From positions 896,001 to 960,000 of the forward strand of contig CAWJYV010000008.1 in the NCBI GenBank assembly GCA_963847185.1: a stretch of DNA of 64,000 nucleotides, read 5' to 3'. The position numbers and the translations under genes are program-made. The stretch comes from an uncultured Methanosarcinaceae archaeon (GTDB lineage Archaea > Halobacteriota > Methanosarcinia > Methanosarcinales > Methanosarcinaceae). The notes below the pieces were generated by a model. The model was not told the DNA's origin, did not search any database, and saw only the letters and a program-made list of their open reading frames with translations. Of this stretch, positions 1-9,657 are shown piece after piece (positions within the stretch are counted from its first letter, which is position 1; each line of letters opens with the position of its first letter).

Positions 1-913
1 CCTGATATAATCATAATGGACGTTAACATGCCAGTTATGGATGGGCTGACTGCTGTTAAAACCATTATGGGGACAAATCCAGTTCCCATTATCATGTTCA
101 GCACTCTGACTTCAGAAGGCTCAAAAGAGGCATTGGAAGCCTTGCATCTTGGGGCAATAGATTTTGTAACAAAATCTGAGAGTCACCATGATGTAAATAA
201 AGTAGAGGGCGAACTGGTAGATAAAATAAGAAACATTCACCGGTCAAATCCTAACATATTAAGATTAATAAATATGAGGAAATTTAAAGGTGAAGTTGTC
301 AGAAAAAACTGGAAATGTCTCTGGGGACTTTGCAGTTTTAATAGGTTCATCCACTGGTGGTCCTTCATCTCTTGAACAGATAATTCCAAGACTTCCTGGA
401 GATTTACCTGCTCCAGTTTTTGTTGTCCAGCATATGCCTGAAGGAACTTTTTGCAGGCAAATGGCAGAAAGACTAAACTTTTTGTCTGAGGTCGAGGTCC
501 AGGAAGCCAGACATAATGAAAAAGTAAAAAATGGTGTTGTTTATATAGCGCCCGGCGGCTACCACATGCAGATAAAAAAGGCTCTGGATGTCGTCAGAGT
601 TAAACTGGTGAAAGGCCAGCCGATTCACGCTGTAATGCCTGCAGTTGATATAACTGCTGAAAGCATGCTGAATGTATATGGGAAAAACATAGTAGCGTCT
701 ATTCTTACGGGTATGGGTATTGATGGTGCTAATGGATTTAAACTGATACACGATGCAGGCGGTTCTACAATCGCATGCAGTGAAGATACATGCATCGTCT
801 TTGGAATGCCAAAAGCTGCAATAGACAATGGAGCTATTGATATTGTGAAGCCCATTTTTGAGATCCCTGAAGAAATTGTTGACAGACTGGAGGCGAAATG
901 TAATGGAAAGTGA
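1..913 (+). pseudogene. cheB: Chemotaxis methylesterase CheB, 5'-truncated by the window and split by a +1 frameshift near 303-320 (real lesion or sequencing error)
   Basis: Frame 1 (1..~318) encodes the receiver domain (PDIIIMDVNMPVMDG, AIDFVTK). Frame 2 (~320..913) encodes the methylesterase domain (GSSTGG, VVQHMP, ILTGMGIDG, FGMP). Removing one base in AGAAAAAACTGGAAATGTCTCTGGGGAC joins them. Confidence 0.9.
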
Positions 914-3719
914 TATGGCAGCTTACAAAAACGATTTTCTTCAGGAACTTTATGAATGTCTTGATATATTTAATCAGTCTTTTGTAGATCTGGAGAATGG
1001 GGATAATGCCGCTGTTAATGAGATCTTTAGAGTAGTGCATACGATAAAAGGAATGGCTGGCTTTCTTGCATATAAATCGCTTGAAAAGCTGTGCCACAGT
1101 ATGGAAGAAGTTTTATGCGGCATAAAAAACGGGGATGTGGAGATAGATGGTGAACTAATTGACATTATGCTTTCAGGAGTAGACAGAATTACGGAAATGG
1201 TTACTAAAATAGAAAACGAAGACAATGACAATGTAAAAATAGAAGATCTTCTGGAAGCTTTCGATAATTACAAAGATGTAAAAAATAGTAGTAAACAGGG
1301 AGCTCTTTGTATAAAGGGGCCAGTGAAAAATGATGTTTTGCCTTCAAAACCAATTTCCACACCGGTTTCGAATGATAATATTTCTTCAAATGAGGGGCAG
1401 TGTGATGAACAGCCAAATAGAGATATCATTGATACCAAAGCTTGCAATCTAATCTTGAATGTAACTCTTTCTAATGATTGCATAGTGAAGGATTTGAGAG
1501 CGTCTCTGATTATAGAATCTCTCAGGGACATATCTACAGTAATTGCCACGGATCCTGCTGAAAATGCAATGGGTGGTAACTTTAATGGGCGTTTTACACT
1601 ATTCATTTCTGGAGATAATGCTAAAGTTGAAGAGTTAATGGATAGAATTTCCGAAATCGATCAATTTAATATTATTTCCAAAGAGGATTCAGATAGCTTT
1701 AACTCAGCATTAATGTCTTTTCAACCAGTGCAAAATCAACTTATTTCAGGTTTAGAAGGCCGCAATGAACAGTTATTGGAAAATATTACGAGTGAAGATA
1801 ATTACAATCTTATTTTAAATGTAATTCTTTCTGATGATTGTCTTGCGAAGGATCTGAGAGCTTCTTTAATCATAGAGTCTCTCAGGGATGTATGTAATGT
1901 AATAAAAACATACCCTGAGGAATATGAAATTGATAAAAATTTCATAGGTCAGTTGACCATATTCATTTCAGGAGACGGTGACTCGGTTGAAGAGTTAATG
2001 GATAGAATTTCGGAAATTGAACAATACCATATTGTTTGTGACGATGAGGTCCGTTTTGGTGGTTCAAGTTCAGAAAAATCCAGTGCGGATACTACATCTG
2101 TTCCAGGTGTGGTGGATGAAACAGCAGCAATTTCCGCTACAAACAAGTCAAATACATTTCGTTTTTCTATCCGCAACTTGATAACAAAAATACACTTTAT
2201 TTTAAAGATAAATAAATCCCTAAATGGTCTCAAGAGTATTGAATTTGCTGGAATACTTCCAGGGAAAAAGTTTAAAGATTCATCCAGTAGCAACCAGCGG
2301 TCACATAATATTCAGATTTTAGAATCAAGCTCTAAGAAATATCCTGATCAAGAGTTAAAATTGGATAATACTCCAGTTGACAATGTTACGGCCGGCAAAG
2401 TCTCGATCGATAAAGTTCAGCCTCCGAAAGAAAGGTCTGTTGAGATTCACAGGCAAGGAGCTCATTTACAGAAATCTCATGACCTTGAAGAATCAGACAA
2501 TGATTCCGGCAGCCAGCTTTCAGAATCTGAAAGATCAAAGACAGTATCATCGGAAACGAAAAGACAGGAAACTATTCGGGTTAGCATCTCAAACCTTGAC
2601 AATATAATGAACCTTGTTGGTGAGCTTGTCATCAATAAAGGACGTTTACTGCAAATATCTCAGAAGTACCGTATACCTGAACTGGAGGAAGCAACCGGTA
2701 CTCTGGATAAATCAATCTCAAGCTTGCAGGACGAGGTTATGAGAACGCGGATGGTGAAAATTGAAAGAGTATTCAGTAAGTTTCCGCGCATGGTAAGGGA
2801 TTTAAGTAGAAAACTTAACAAGGAAGTTGAGTTTGAGATCGAAGGGCAGGATACGGAATTAGATCGGACAATTCTGGATGAGATTAGTGATCCTCTAGTT
2901 CATCTTGTAAGGAATTCGGTTGATCACGGTATAGAGAAACCTCAAGATAGGGAACAATCTGGAAAAAGCAGGACTGGCCACATAAAACTCTCAGCTAGAA
3001 GAGAGAAAAATAACGTCATAATTGAGATCGAAGATGACGGTAAAGGTCTGGATGTCGAGGTGCTAAAAAAGAAAGCTCTCGAGAAGGGTTTATTGTCATC
3101 GTTTGAGATAGACAATCTCAGTGATGATGAAGTCAGAATGCTTATTTTTGTTCCTGGTTTTTCAACAAAAGAAAGCGTAACTGAAATTTCTGGCAGGGGC
3201 GTAGGTATGGATGCAGTTAAAACTGCTGTTGAAAAATTGGGGGGAAAGGTCAGGATATATTCCAAGAAAGGGGAGTATGCAAAAATCAGGATCGATTTGC
3301 CTCCTACAGTTGCTATAATAAGATCCCTGCTTGTAGAAGTCGGACCTGAGACTTATGCGATCCCGATTTCTAATGTTGTGAAAGCCTTGAGTGTTGGAGA
3401 CAATGATTACAAGCTCGTTAAAGGAACTCCTCTGCTCTATATAAATGACAGGTTAATTCCAATTTTAAACTTAAAAGAAATTTTTAGTATAAATTGTGAA
3501 AAATCAGATGCACAAATTGCAATAATTGTAGAAAAAGAAAATGAAGAAGTTGGTCTTATAGTTGATTCAATTATAGATCAACAGGAAATTGTCATTAAGC
3601 CACTTTCAAATATTTTCTCAAGTTTAAAAGGCTTTAGTGGAGTTACAATATTGGGGGACGGGCGAGTAATACCGATTCTAGACGTATCTATGCTTATTAG
3701 GGATGATATTGATGATTGA
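903..3719 (+). CDS. cheA: Chemotaxis histidine kinase CheA with duplicated P2-like domain
   Basis: Hpt motif IFRVVHTIKG, dimerisation NLVGELVI, HATPase HLVRNSVDHG/DDGKG/GFST/GRGVGMD, C-terminal CheW-like domain. ATG at 903 overlaps the cheB end. Confidence 0.96.
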   Translation: MESDMAAYKNDFLQELYECLDIFNQSFVDLENGDNAAVNEIFRVVHTIKGMAGFLAYKSLEKLCHSMEEVLCGIKNGDVEIDGELIDIMLSGVDRITEMVTKIENEDNDNVKIEDLLEAFDNYKDVKNSSKQGALCIKGPVKNDVLPSKPISTPVSNDNISSNEGQCDEQPNRDIIDTKACNLILNVTLSNDCIVKDLRASLIIESLRDISTVIATDPAENAMGGNFNGRFTLFISGDNAKVEELMDRISEIDQFNIISKEDSDSFNSALMSFQPVQNQLISGLEGRNEQLLENITSEDNYNLILNVILSDDCLAKDLRASLIIESLRDVCNVIKTYPEEYEIDKNFIGQLTIFISGDGDSVEELMDRISEIEQYHIVCDDEVRFGGSSSEKSSADTTSVPGVVDETAAISATNKSNTFRFSIRNLITKIHFILKINKSLNGLKSIEFAGILPGKKFKDSSSSNQRSHNIQILESSSKKYPDQELKLDNTPVDNVTAGKVSIDKVQPPKERSVEIHRQGAHLQKSHDLEESDNDSGSQLSESERSKTVSSETKRQETIRVSISNLDNIMNLVGELVINKGRLLQISQKYRIPELEEATGTLDKSISSLQDEVMRTRMVKIERVFSKFPRMVRDLSRKLNKEVEFEIEGQDTELDRTILDEISDPLVHLVRNSVDHGIEKPQDREQSGKSRTGHIKLSARREKNNVIIEIEDDGKGLDVEVLKKKALEKGLLSSFEIDNLSDDEVRMLIFVPGFSTKESVTEISGRGVGMDAVKTAVEKLGGKVRIYSKKGEYAKIRIDLPPTVAIIRSLLVEVGPETYAIPISNVVKALSVGDNDYKLVKGTPLLYINDRLIPILNLKEIFSINCEKSDAQIAIIVEKENEEVGLIVDSIIDQQEIVIKPLSNIFSSLKGFSGVTILGDGRVIPILDVSMLIRDDIDD

Positions 3720-4314
3720 TTTGGGTAATCTTAATGAAATGGAAATCGATGTTCTTAAAGAACTCGGAAATATTGGGGCTGGGCACGCAGCAACATCGCT
3801 TTCTCAACTTCTTGGTAAAGAGGTGGAAATGACAGTTCCAGAGGTCAAGATTAGAGAAATCAAGCTTCTGTTTAATGAATTCGTCACTGATCTTGTTGCA
3901 GGCGTAATCATAGCACTACAGGATCTTGAAGAAAAGAAGTCTGGCTATCTATATATCATGTTTCCTCAAGAATCATCCAGAAAAATAGCTGGCAGTTTGT
4001 TTGGCCTGGAAGAGATTGATGAAGAAATGTATGAATCCACTATCATGGAAGTAGGAAACATCCTGTCTTCTGCTTTTTGTGATGCATGCGCCGATTTCAT
4101 GGGTATAATTTTGCTGCCCTCTCCTCCAAGTTTCGCAGTAGATGTTCCGACGGCTGTTGTCGATTCAGTAGTTTCGCAGATGGCTAAGAAGAGTAACCAC
4201 GTAATTTTATTTGAGACTAAACTCAGCTCGGATTCAGATATTGAAATCTTTTTAGCTTTGCTTCCAGAAACATGCCTGCTTGATGATATTATGGGTATGA
4301 TGGAACAGCTATGA
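3712..4314 (+). CDS. cheC: Chemotaxis phosphatase CheC
   Basis: Two CheC motifs (LKELGNIGAGHAATSLS, IMEVGNILSS); lies between cheA and cheD. Alternative start 3703. Confidence 0.92.
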   Translation: MIDLGNLNEMEIDVLKELGNIGAGHAATSLSQLLGKEVEMTVPEVKIREIKLLFNEFVTDLVAGVIIALQDLEEKKSGYLYIMFPQESSRKIAGSLFGLEEIDEEMYESTIMEVGNILSSAFCDACADFMGIILLPSPPSFAVDVPTAVVDSVVSQMAKKSNHVILFETKLSSDSDIEIFLALLPETCLLDDIMGMMEQL

Positions 4315-4973
4315 CCAGCAAAATTTTGTTTGTCGCAAATAAAAGTGAAAAGGCAATCTTTCTAACCAAGAGGGATGTGCTAGTAAAGTCTTATTGTTCA
4401 ATTTCAAGTAGCTGCCCGTCCGCAGATTGCTGCCAGTCATGTGATTTGATCGATGCTGCAAAAAATTACCTGGTTAATGGAAAATCAAATCTCAATATTG
4501 TAAATCTGGATGGAGAATTGTCAGCTGGGATAGGGGAATATCAAATAGGGAGAAAGATCCTTCTGGAAGCTATGGGCCTTGGTTCCTGTGTTGGAGTTAT
4601 TCTCTTTGATATGTCGACGGGTATCTCTGGAATAGCACATGTATTGCTTCCGGGAGCTTCACAAAACGGTGAAACCAAGTATGCCGAGACAGCTATTCAG
4701 AAAATGTTTGAAGATATGGTTAAGCAGGGAGCCAGGAGAAGCAAGATTGTCTCAAAGTTTGCTGGGGGAGCTCAAGTTTTTAAGCATATGAACCTGGATA
4801 TTCTCAAAATAGGTGATAGAAACGCGGTATCTGTTGAAGAAACTCTGATCAAATACAAAATCCCAATACTGGCCAAAGATGTGGGAGGGGAAGTTGGCAG
4901 AAATGTTATCTTTAACCCTTTGGACGGCAGTATGATTGTTAAATATACTAAGGGGGGGTTATTATGGCTGTAA
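4311..4973 (+). CDS. cheD: Chemoreceptor glutamine deamidase CheD with Cys-rich N-terminal extension
   Basis: GLGSCVG, AHVLLP, KYA, KFAGGA, IGDRN and DVGG..GR motifs; ATGA overlap with cheC. Confidence 0.93.
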   Translation: MTSKILFVANKSEKAIFLTKRDVLVKSYCSISSSCPSADCCQSCDLIDAAKNYLVNGKSNLNIVNLDGELSAGIGEYQIGRKILLEAMGLGSCVGVILFDMSTGISGIAHVLLPGASQNGETKYAETAIQKMFEDMVKQGARRSKIVSKFAGGAQVFKHMNLDILKIGDRNAVSVEETLIKYKIPILAKDVGGEVGRNVIFNPLDGSMIVKYTKGGLLWL

Positions 4974-5776
4974 ATCTTGATGATGGTTTTCAATTTCTCG
5001 TAAGAAAAGCTTCCAAGTCATCGGGAGTTGACCTTACTGGTTACAGAGATGCTTATCTCAGAAGAAGAATTGACCTGCGAATGAAAAACGTGGGCATAGA
5101 CAATTATGCGGCTTATGTGAAACTGCTGGAAACAGATCCAAATGAATTGGCTGAGTTCCTGAACGCTATTACTGTGAACGTTACGGAATTTATGCGGGAT
5201 AAAACTCCATTTCTATTTTTCCGGAATCAAATCTTGCCGGATATTATGGAGAGAAAAAAAAAGTCTCAAAGCAACATGGTCAGGTTCTGGAGCGCAGCCT
5301 GTTCCAATGGGGAGGAGCCTTACTCAATTGGGATCTGTTCAAAAGAGGTTTTGCCCGTAGACTGGAGTATCTCAGTTTACGCGACCGATATTGACTCCGA
5401 TTGTCTTAGTCGCGCGATAAAAGGTATATATACTAAAGATCATTTGAAAAATTTAGACTCTTCTCTTATCCCCAAGTATTTTGAACCTTCAGGAGACAAT
5501 TTAAAGGTAAAAAACATTCCTAAATTAGCCATCAGATTCAAAAAACACGACTTAACCACTGAGCCTCCTATTTCAAAGTATCTTGATGCTGTATTCTGCA
5601 GAAATGTTATGATCTATTTTAATGATAAACAAAAAGTAAAAATGCTAACTGATTTTTATAATTCACTCTCTGATAACGGGTATCTAATTATAGGCAAATC
5701 CGAAACATTACCGGATGAAATAAGAGAGATGTTCGATCCGGTTAGTGTGAGAGATAAAGTTTTTAGGAAAGTATGA
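4964..5776 (+). CDS. cheR: Chemotaxis protein-glutamate O-methyltransferase CheR
   Basis: ITVNVTEFMRD, WSAACSNGEEPYS, ATDID, FCRNVMIYF, GKSE motifs. Confidence 0.96.
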   Translation: MAVNLDDGFQFLVRKASKSSGVDLTGYRDAYLRRRIDLRMKNVGIDNYAAYVKLLETDPNELAEFLNAITVNVTEFMRDKTPFLFFRNQILPDIMERKKKSQSNMVRFWSAACSNGEEPYSIGICSKEVLPVDWSISVYATDIDSDCLSRAIKGIYTKDHLKNLDSSLIPKYFEPSGDNLKVKNIPKLAIRFKKHDLTTEPPISKYLDAVFCRNVMIYFNDKQKVKMLTDFYNSLSDNGYLIIGKSETLPDEIREMFDPVSVRDKVFRKV

Positions 5777-6205
5777 ATTTCTTTCTCTTTTTAGAGCAAT
5801 TTCTAAATTTTTTTATTCTTTTTTTGTTCGTACTTTTAGTAAGTTCTTATAGTTACTTCGTATTTTTCAATAGAACTCTTCAATATATTAGTAATAGTAT
5901 TTTTTGTTTGAACTGCTCCTTTGACTTCAAACTTTAAATTGAAATTTTTTGTTTCCTGCTACTGTCTTTTTTTAACTGGTTTCTATACATATTCTTTCTC
6001 TAAACTTATTTTTGCTCTGAATTCTGGAGTCAAGTTATATTTTACTTGTTATGATTACAACTTTCCTCAAAATCATGTTCTCTGTCTGCAAAATATTCTC
6101 TCATTTTTTCTATAAAAGGTTAGTATATATACAATATCAAAATGTGGATTTAGTGAACTAACTTTTTTAAATAAATTTTTCATTTATTCGGTAGATATTT
6201 ATAAT

Positions 6206-6258
6206 GAAATATTTATATGCAAGTTTGACGATATTTAGGTCGTTAATATAATAATCAC
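6206..6258 (+). promoter_or_regulatory. Putative BRE/TATA promoter plus conserved TAATATAATAATCAC element of archaellin pair 1
   Basis: GAAATATTTATAT...CGATAT...TAATATAATAATCAC is reproduced with near-identical spacing upstream of archaellin pair 2 (8352-8403). Confidence 0.65.
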
Positions 6259-6281
6259 CTCATCATGTGGAGTGATTTGGT

Positions 6282-6869
6282 ATGTGGAGTAAATTTAAAA
6301 CAGACGAAAACGGATTTACGGGGTTAGAAGCAGCAATTGTGCTTGTAGCCTTCGTCGTCGTAGCCGCAGTTTTCAGCTACGTCATGTTGGGGGCTGGGTT
6401 CTTTACTACCCAGAAAAGTCAGGAAGTCGTTCACACAGGAGTAACTCAGGCAAGTAGCAGTCTTGCACCGTCTGGAGATGTAATTGTGGTTGGGAATGCA
6501 GCCAGCACTATACCCACGATCATCTTGTATGTAACAAACACTGCAGGTGGAACATCTGTAGACCTCGATAAGACTGTAGTTACCTATACTGATAGTGACG
6601 ATTATGTATCAAAGGAATATGCTGCTGCTGGAGCAAATGGATGGACTTATACCGAGGTAATAGCTGAAACCGGGAGTGCAGTGAATCTTGTTGATAAGGG
6701 CGAAAAGTACAGGATAGAACTTACTTTGGCTACTCTTGGAGCCACTACGCTACCGGCAGCAAATGAGGGTGTCAAGATTGAGGTAAAACCTCCTGAAGGT
6801 GCAGTTCTCGTTCTTACCAGAACTATGCCTCCTGCAATCGGAGATGCCACAAATTACGTAGTTTACTGA
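6282..6869 (+). CDS. flaB: Archaellin (type A, pair 1)
   Basis: Class III signal peptide ENG|FTGLEAAIVLVAFVVVAAVFSY; archaellin C-terminal motif IEVKPPEGA. Confidence 0.95.
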   Translation: MWSKFKTDENGFTGLEAAIVLVAFVVVAAVFSYVMLGAGFFTTQKSQEVVHTGVTQASSSLAPSGDVIVVGNAASTIPTIILYVTNTAGGTSVDLDKTVVTYTDSDDYVSKEYAAAGANGWTYTEVIAETGSAVNLVDKGEKYRIELTLATLGATTLPAANEGVKIEVKPPEGAVLVLTRTMPPAIGDATNYVVY

Positions 6870-6879
6870 GGTGATGGGG

Positions 6880-7476
6880 ATGTGGAATAAATTTATAAAA
6901 AATGAAAAAGGTTTTACTGGTCTTGAAGCCGCAATTGTTCTCGTAGCTTTCGTTGTCGTAGCTGCAGTTTTCAGCTACGTTATGCTGGGAGCTGGGTTCT
7001 ATACAACCCAGAAAAGCCAGGAAGTTGTGCACACAGGGGTACAGCAGGCAAGCAGCAGTGTAGAGCTGAGTGGAGATGTAACTGCTCATGGTGCTGCTAA
7101 TGAAATTACTACCGTCGATTTGTGCCTTCAATTGACTTGTGGAGGTTCATCAGTTGATATGGATAAAACTCTTATCGTTTTCTCCGCTCCAGATGTAACT
7201 CCAACTGACTTAGTTGTTGGTACTCCCTCCAGTGCAACCGCTTTCGCTATAACAAATAGGTTTAATGGAGGCGGGGCTGCAGGTGACAACCTTCTTGATA
7301 GGTTCGAGAAATTCCAGATTGAACTCAATGTGAATGATATAGCCAATGCAGACGGTGGTGCAAGTATAGGGCCTAACGATCAATTCCAGATTGAAATCAA
7401 ACCTCCTCAAGGAGCTACCTATACTCTTCACAGGACCGCACCTCCCTCGATTGGTGCAGTACAGGCTCTCTATTAA
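6880..7476 (+). CDS. flaB: Archaellin (type B, pair 1)
   Basis: EKG|FTGLEAAIV signal; SD GAGGTGA overlaps the upstream stop; EIKPPQGATY. Confidence 0.95.
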   Translation: MWNKFIKNEKGFTGLEAAIVLVAFVVVAAVFSYVMLGAGFYTTQKSQEVVHTGVQQASSSVELSGDVTAHGAANEITTVDLCLQLTCGGSSVDMDKTLIVFSAPDVTPTDLVVGTPSSATAFAITNRFNGGGAAGDNLLDRFEKFQIELNVNDIANADGGASIGPNDQFQIEIKPPQGATYTLHRTAPPSIGAVQALY

Positions 7477-7496
7477 ACAATCTATCAATAAGTCTA

Positions 7497-7529
7497 AATG
7501 GCATTCTTCTGAGTGCCATTATTTTTTTC
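7497..7529 (+). terminator. Hairpin plus T-tract after archaellin pair 1
   Basis: AATGGCATTC-TTCT-GAGTGCCATT stem (one G-U pair) followed by ATTTTTTT; paralogous hairpin after pair 2. Confidence 0.7.
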
Positions 7530-7673
7530 ATTAAATCCGAGTTTGCAAGAGACGAAATTTCCTTGTAAACTGTTAAAATTTATCAATATATATCTCTTTT
7601 TACTAATTTTTTGAACCAAGTCCTGTCAAGTTTTGTTTTCGTTACTTTTTTAGTAGTGGAGAAAAAATGCCCC

Positions 7674-7857
7674 TTTGCTTGTAGTCGGATGCGCCAGAAC
7701 AACTTTGATTCTCTGTTTTCTGCGCTTTTAGTGGTTCGTAGTTTGATTTTTGTAAATTTTCTGTTTAGCGAAGCTTAGTGTTCACTTTGTAGATTAGCCA
7801 ATCGAGAAAAGCAAAAAGGTATGTGTACTGTTGCGATTACATCCAACTCTAAGCAAA
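7674..7857. mobile_element. Putative MITE / non-autonomous IS remnant (~184 bp) with terminal inverted repeats
   Basis: TTTGCTTGTAGTCGGATG (7674-7691) matches the reverse complement of CATCCAACTCTAAGCAAA (7840-7857) at 15/18; no listed ORF inside. Confidence 0.5.
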
Positions 7858-8351
7858 TATTCTATTTCCGATGCTCTCAATAATAGTTCGGGTGATGTAA
7901 TTCAGGCGGTGCAGCTCGAATGACGCAACTCGGAAGAGTTATAATTCGGGTTTGTATAATTTTTCTCTTTATATTTTTGAGGGGAATAATCTTAAGTTAA
8001 AATAATTAGTAATTATAAAAGACTATTTTTTTCTACTTTAAACTAAATTGATGCTCCTACAGAACAGTTTTTCCCATTTTTTTGCCTTCATCTCAGTAAA
8101 TTTTTTAACTTAATATTAAATAAATATTTTTGTAAAGTATGTGGGTATTTCGTGCTTGGAGTAAAATCTGGATAGATATTTTTTTCTTTCTCGAATGTGG
8201 GGTCTATTGTCAAAACTAATGATTCTCAAATGGATTATTAAATTATCCTTTGTCAATATTTCACACTCGGTCTACAATTTTTAGTCCAGTTTTTCAACTA
8301 ATTTTTACTTTTTCTATTTAATTTTTATATATTGTTACCTATTTTACTCTC

Positions 8352-8403
8352 GAAACATTTATATTCTAATCTGCGATATTATAATCTGTAATATAATAAT
8401 CAC
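8352..8403 (+). promoter_or_regulatory. Putative BRE/TATA promoter plus conserved element of archaellin pair 2 / arl operon
   Basis: GAAACATTTATAT...CGATAT...TAATATAATAATCAC, homologous to 6206-6258. Confidence 0.65.
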
Positions 8404-8427
8404 ACCATAATTCAAGGGTGAATTATT

Positions 8428-9075
8428 ATGTCTTATAAATTTCAGAAAAATGAATATGGGTTTACGGGGTTAGAAGCAGCAATCGTGCTGATAGCCTTTG
8501 TTGTCGTAGCTGCAGTTTTCAGCTACGTCATGTTGGGAGCGGGGTTCTATACAACCCAGAAAAGCCAAGAAGTCGTTCATACGGGGGTAACACAAGCAAG
8601 TAGCAGTATCGCACCGTCAGGAGATGTAATTGTTAGAGGTGCTGCAGCCAGCACTGCAAGTCAGATTACATTCTATATAACTAACACTGCCGGTGGAACT
8701 CCTGTAGATCTGGATAAAACAATCCTTACCTACACAGACGATGACGATTTCAACACAAAGGAATATGTTGTCGATAGTACATCAACACCTGATATTACAA
8801 AAGGACCAGCAGCCATCCCTGCAGATGGTGCCTGGACTAATACTAATGGGTGGGTTTACGACGGCGTAATCATTAGTGGTACTGAAGACAATCTGCTGTC
8901 ACAGGGGGAAAAATATAAGGTAGTAGTTGACATTGCCACTCTAGGTGCTTCGACATCACCTGGAATAAATGAAAGGTTCAAGGTTGAGTTAAAACCACCT
9001 GAGGGTGCAGTTCTCACTCTCTCAAGAACAACGCCTGCTGCACTTGTCGCGGACAATTATTATCCTGTCTACTGA
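8428..9075 (+). CDS. flaB: Archaellin (type A, pair 2)
   Basis: EYG|FTGLEAAIVLIAF signal; SSSIAPSGDVIV and LKPPEGAVL are shared with 6282..6869. Confidence 0.95.
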   Translation: MSYKFQKNEYGFTGLEAAIVLIAFVVVAAVFSYVMLGAGFYTTQKSQEVVHTGVTQASSSIAPSGDVIVRGAAASTASQITFYITNTAGGTPVDLDKTILTYTDDDDFNTKEYVVDSTSTPDITKGPAAIPADGAWTNTNGWVYDGVIISGTEDNLLSQGEKYKVVVDIATLGASTSPGINERFKVELKPPEGAVLTLSRTTPAALVADNYYPVY

Positions 9076-9085
9076 GGTGATTAAA

Positions 9086-9646
9086 ATGTGGAACAAATTT
9101 ACAAAAGATAATAATGGATTCACAGGACTTGAAGCAGCAATCGTACTCGTGGCCTTTGTAGTTGTAGCTGCAGTTTTCAGCTACGTCATGCTGGGAGCAG
9201 GCTTCTATACAACTCAGAAAAGCCAGGAAGTCGTGCACACAGGTGTAACTCAGGCAAGTAGCAGTGTTGAACTAAGTGGAGATGTAATCGCTAAAGATAC
9301 TACTCCTGCTGACGATACGATCGACGGTGTCGATATATTCCTGCAGTTGACTTCAGGCGGTTCATCAGTGGATATGTCCAAGACTCTAATAGTTTACTCT
9401 GACCCGGATACAAAGCCAACTGAGTTGACTCTTGGTGCTGGGTTCACTATACCGGCCAAATTTAACGCCAACACTGATAACCTTATAGACAGGGGCGAGA
9501 AATTCCAAGTTAATGTCCCTATAGTTACCTATGGTGTGGGAGCTAATGACGAATTCCAGCTTGAAATCAAACCACCTCAGGGAGCTACCTATACAATTCA
9601 CAGGACTGCACCTGCAGCAATCCCTGCAATCATGACACTCGTCTAA
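9086..9646 (+). CDS. flaB: Archaellin (type B, pair 2)
   Basis: NNG|FTGLEAAIV signal; SSSVELSGDV and EIKPPQGATY are shared with 6880..7476; SD GAGGTGA. Confidence 0.95.
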   Translation: MWNKFTKDNNGFTGLEAAIVLVAFVVVAAVFSYVMLGAGFYTTQKSQEVVHTGVTQASSSVELSGDVIAKDTTPADDTIDGVDIFLQLTSGGSSVDMSKTLIVYSDPDTKPTELTLGAGFTIPAKFNANTDNLIDRGEKFQVNVPIVTYGVGANDEFQLEIKPPQGATYTIHRTAPAAIPAIMTLV

Positions 9647-9657
9647 GATTGAAGCAG

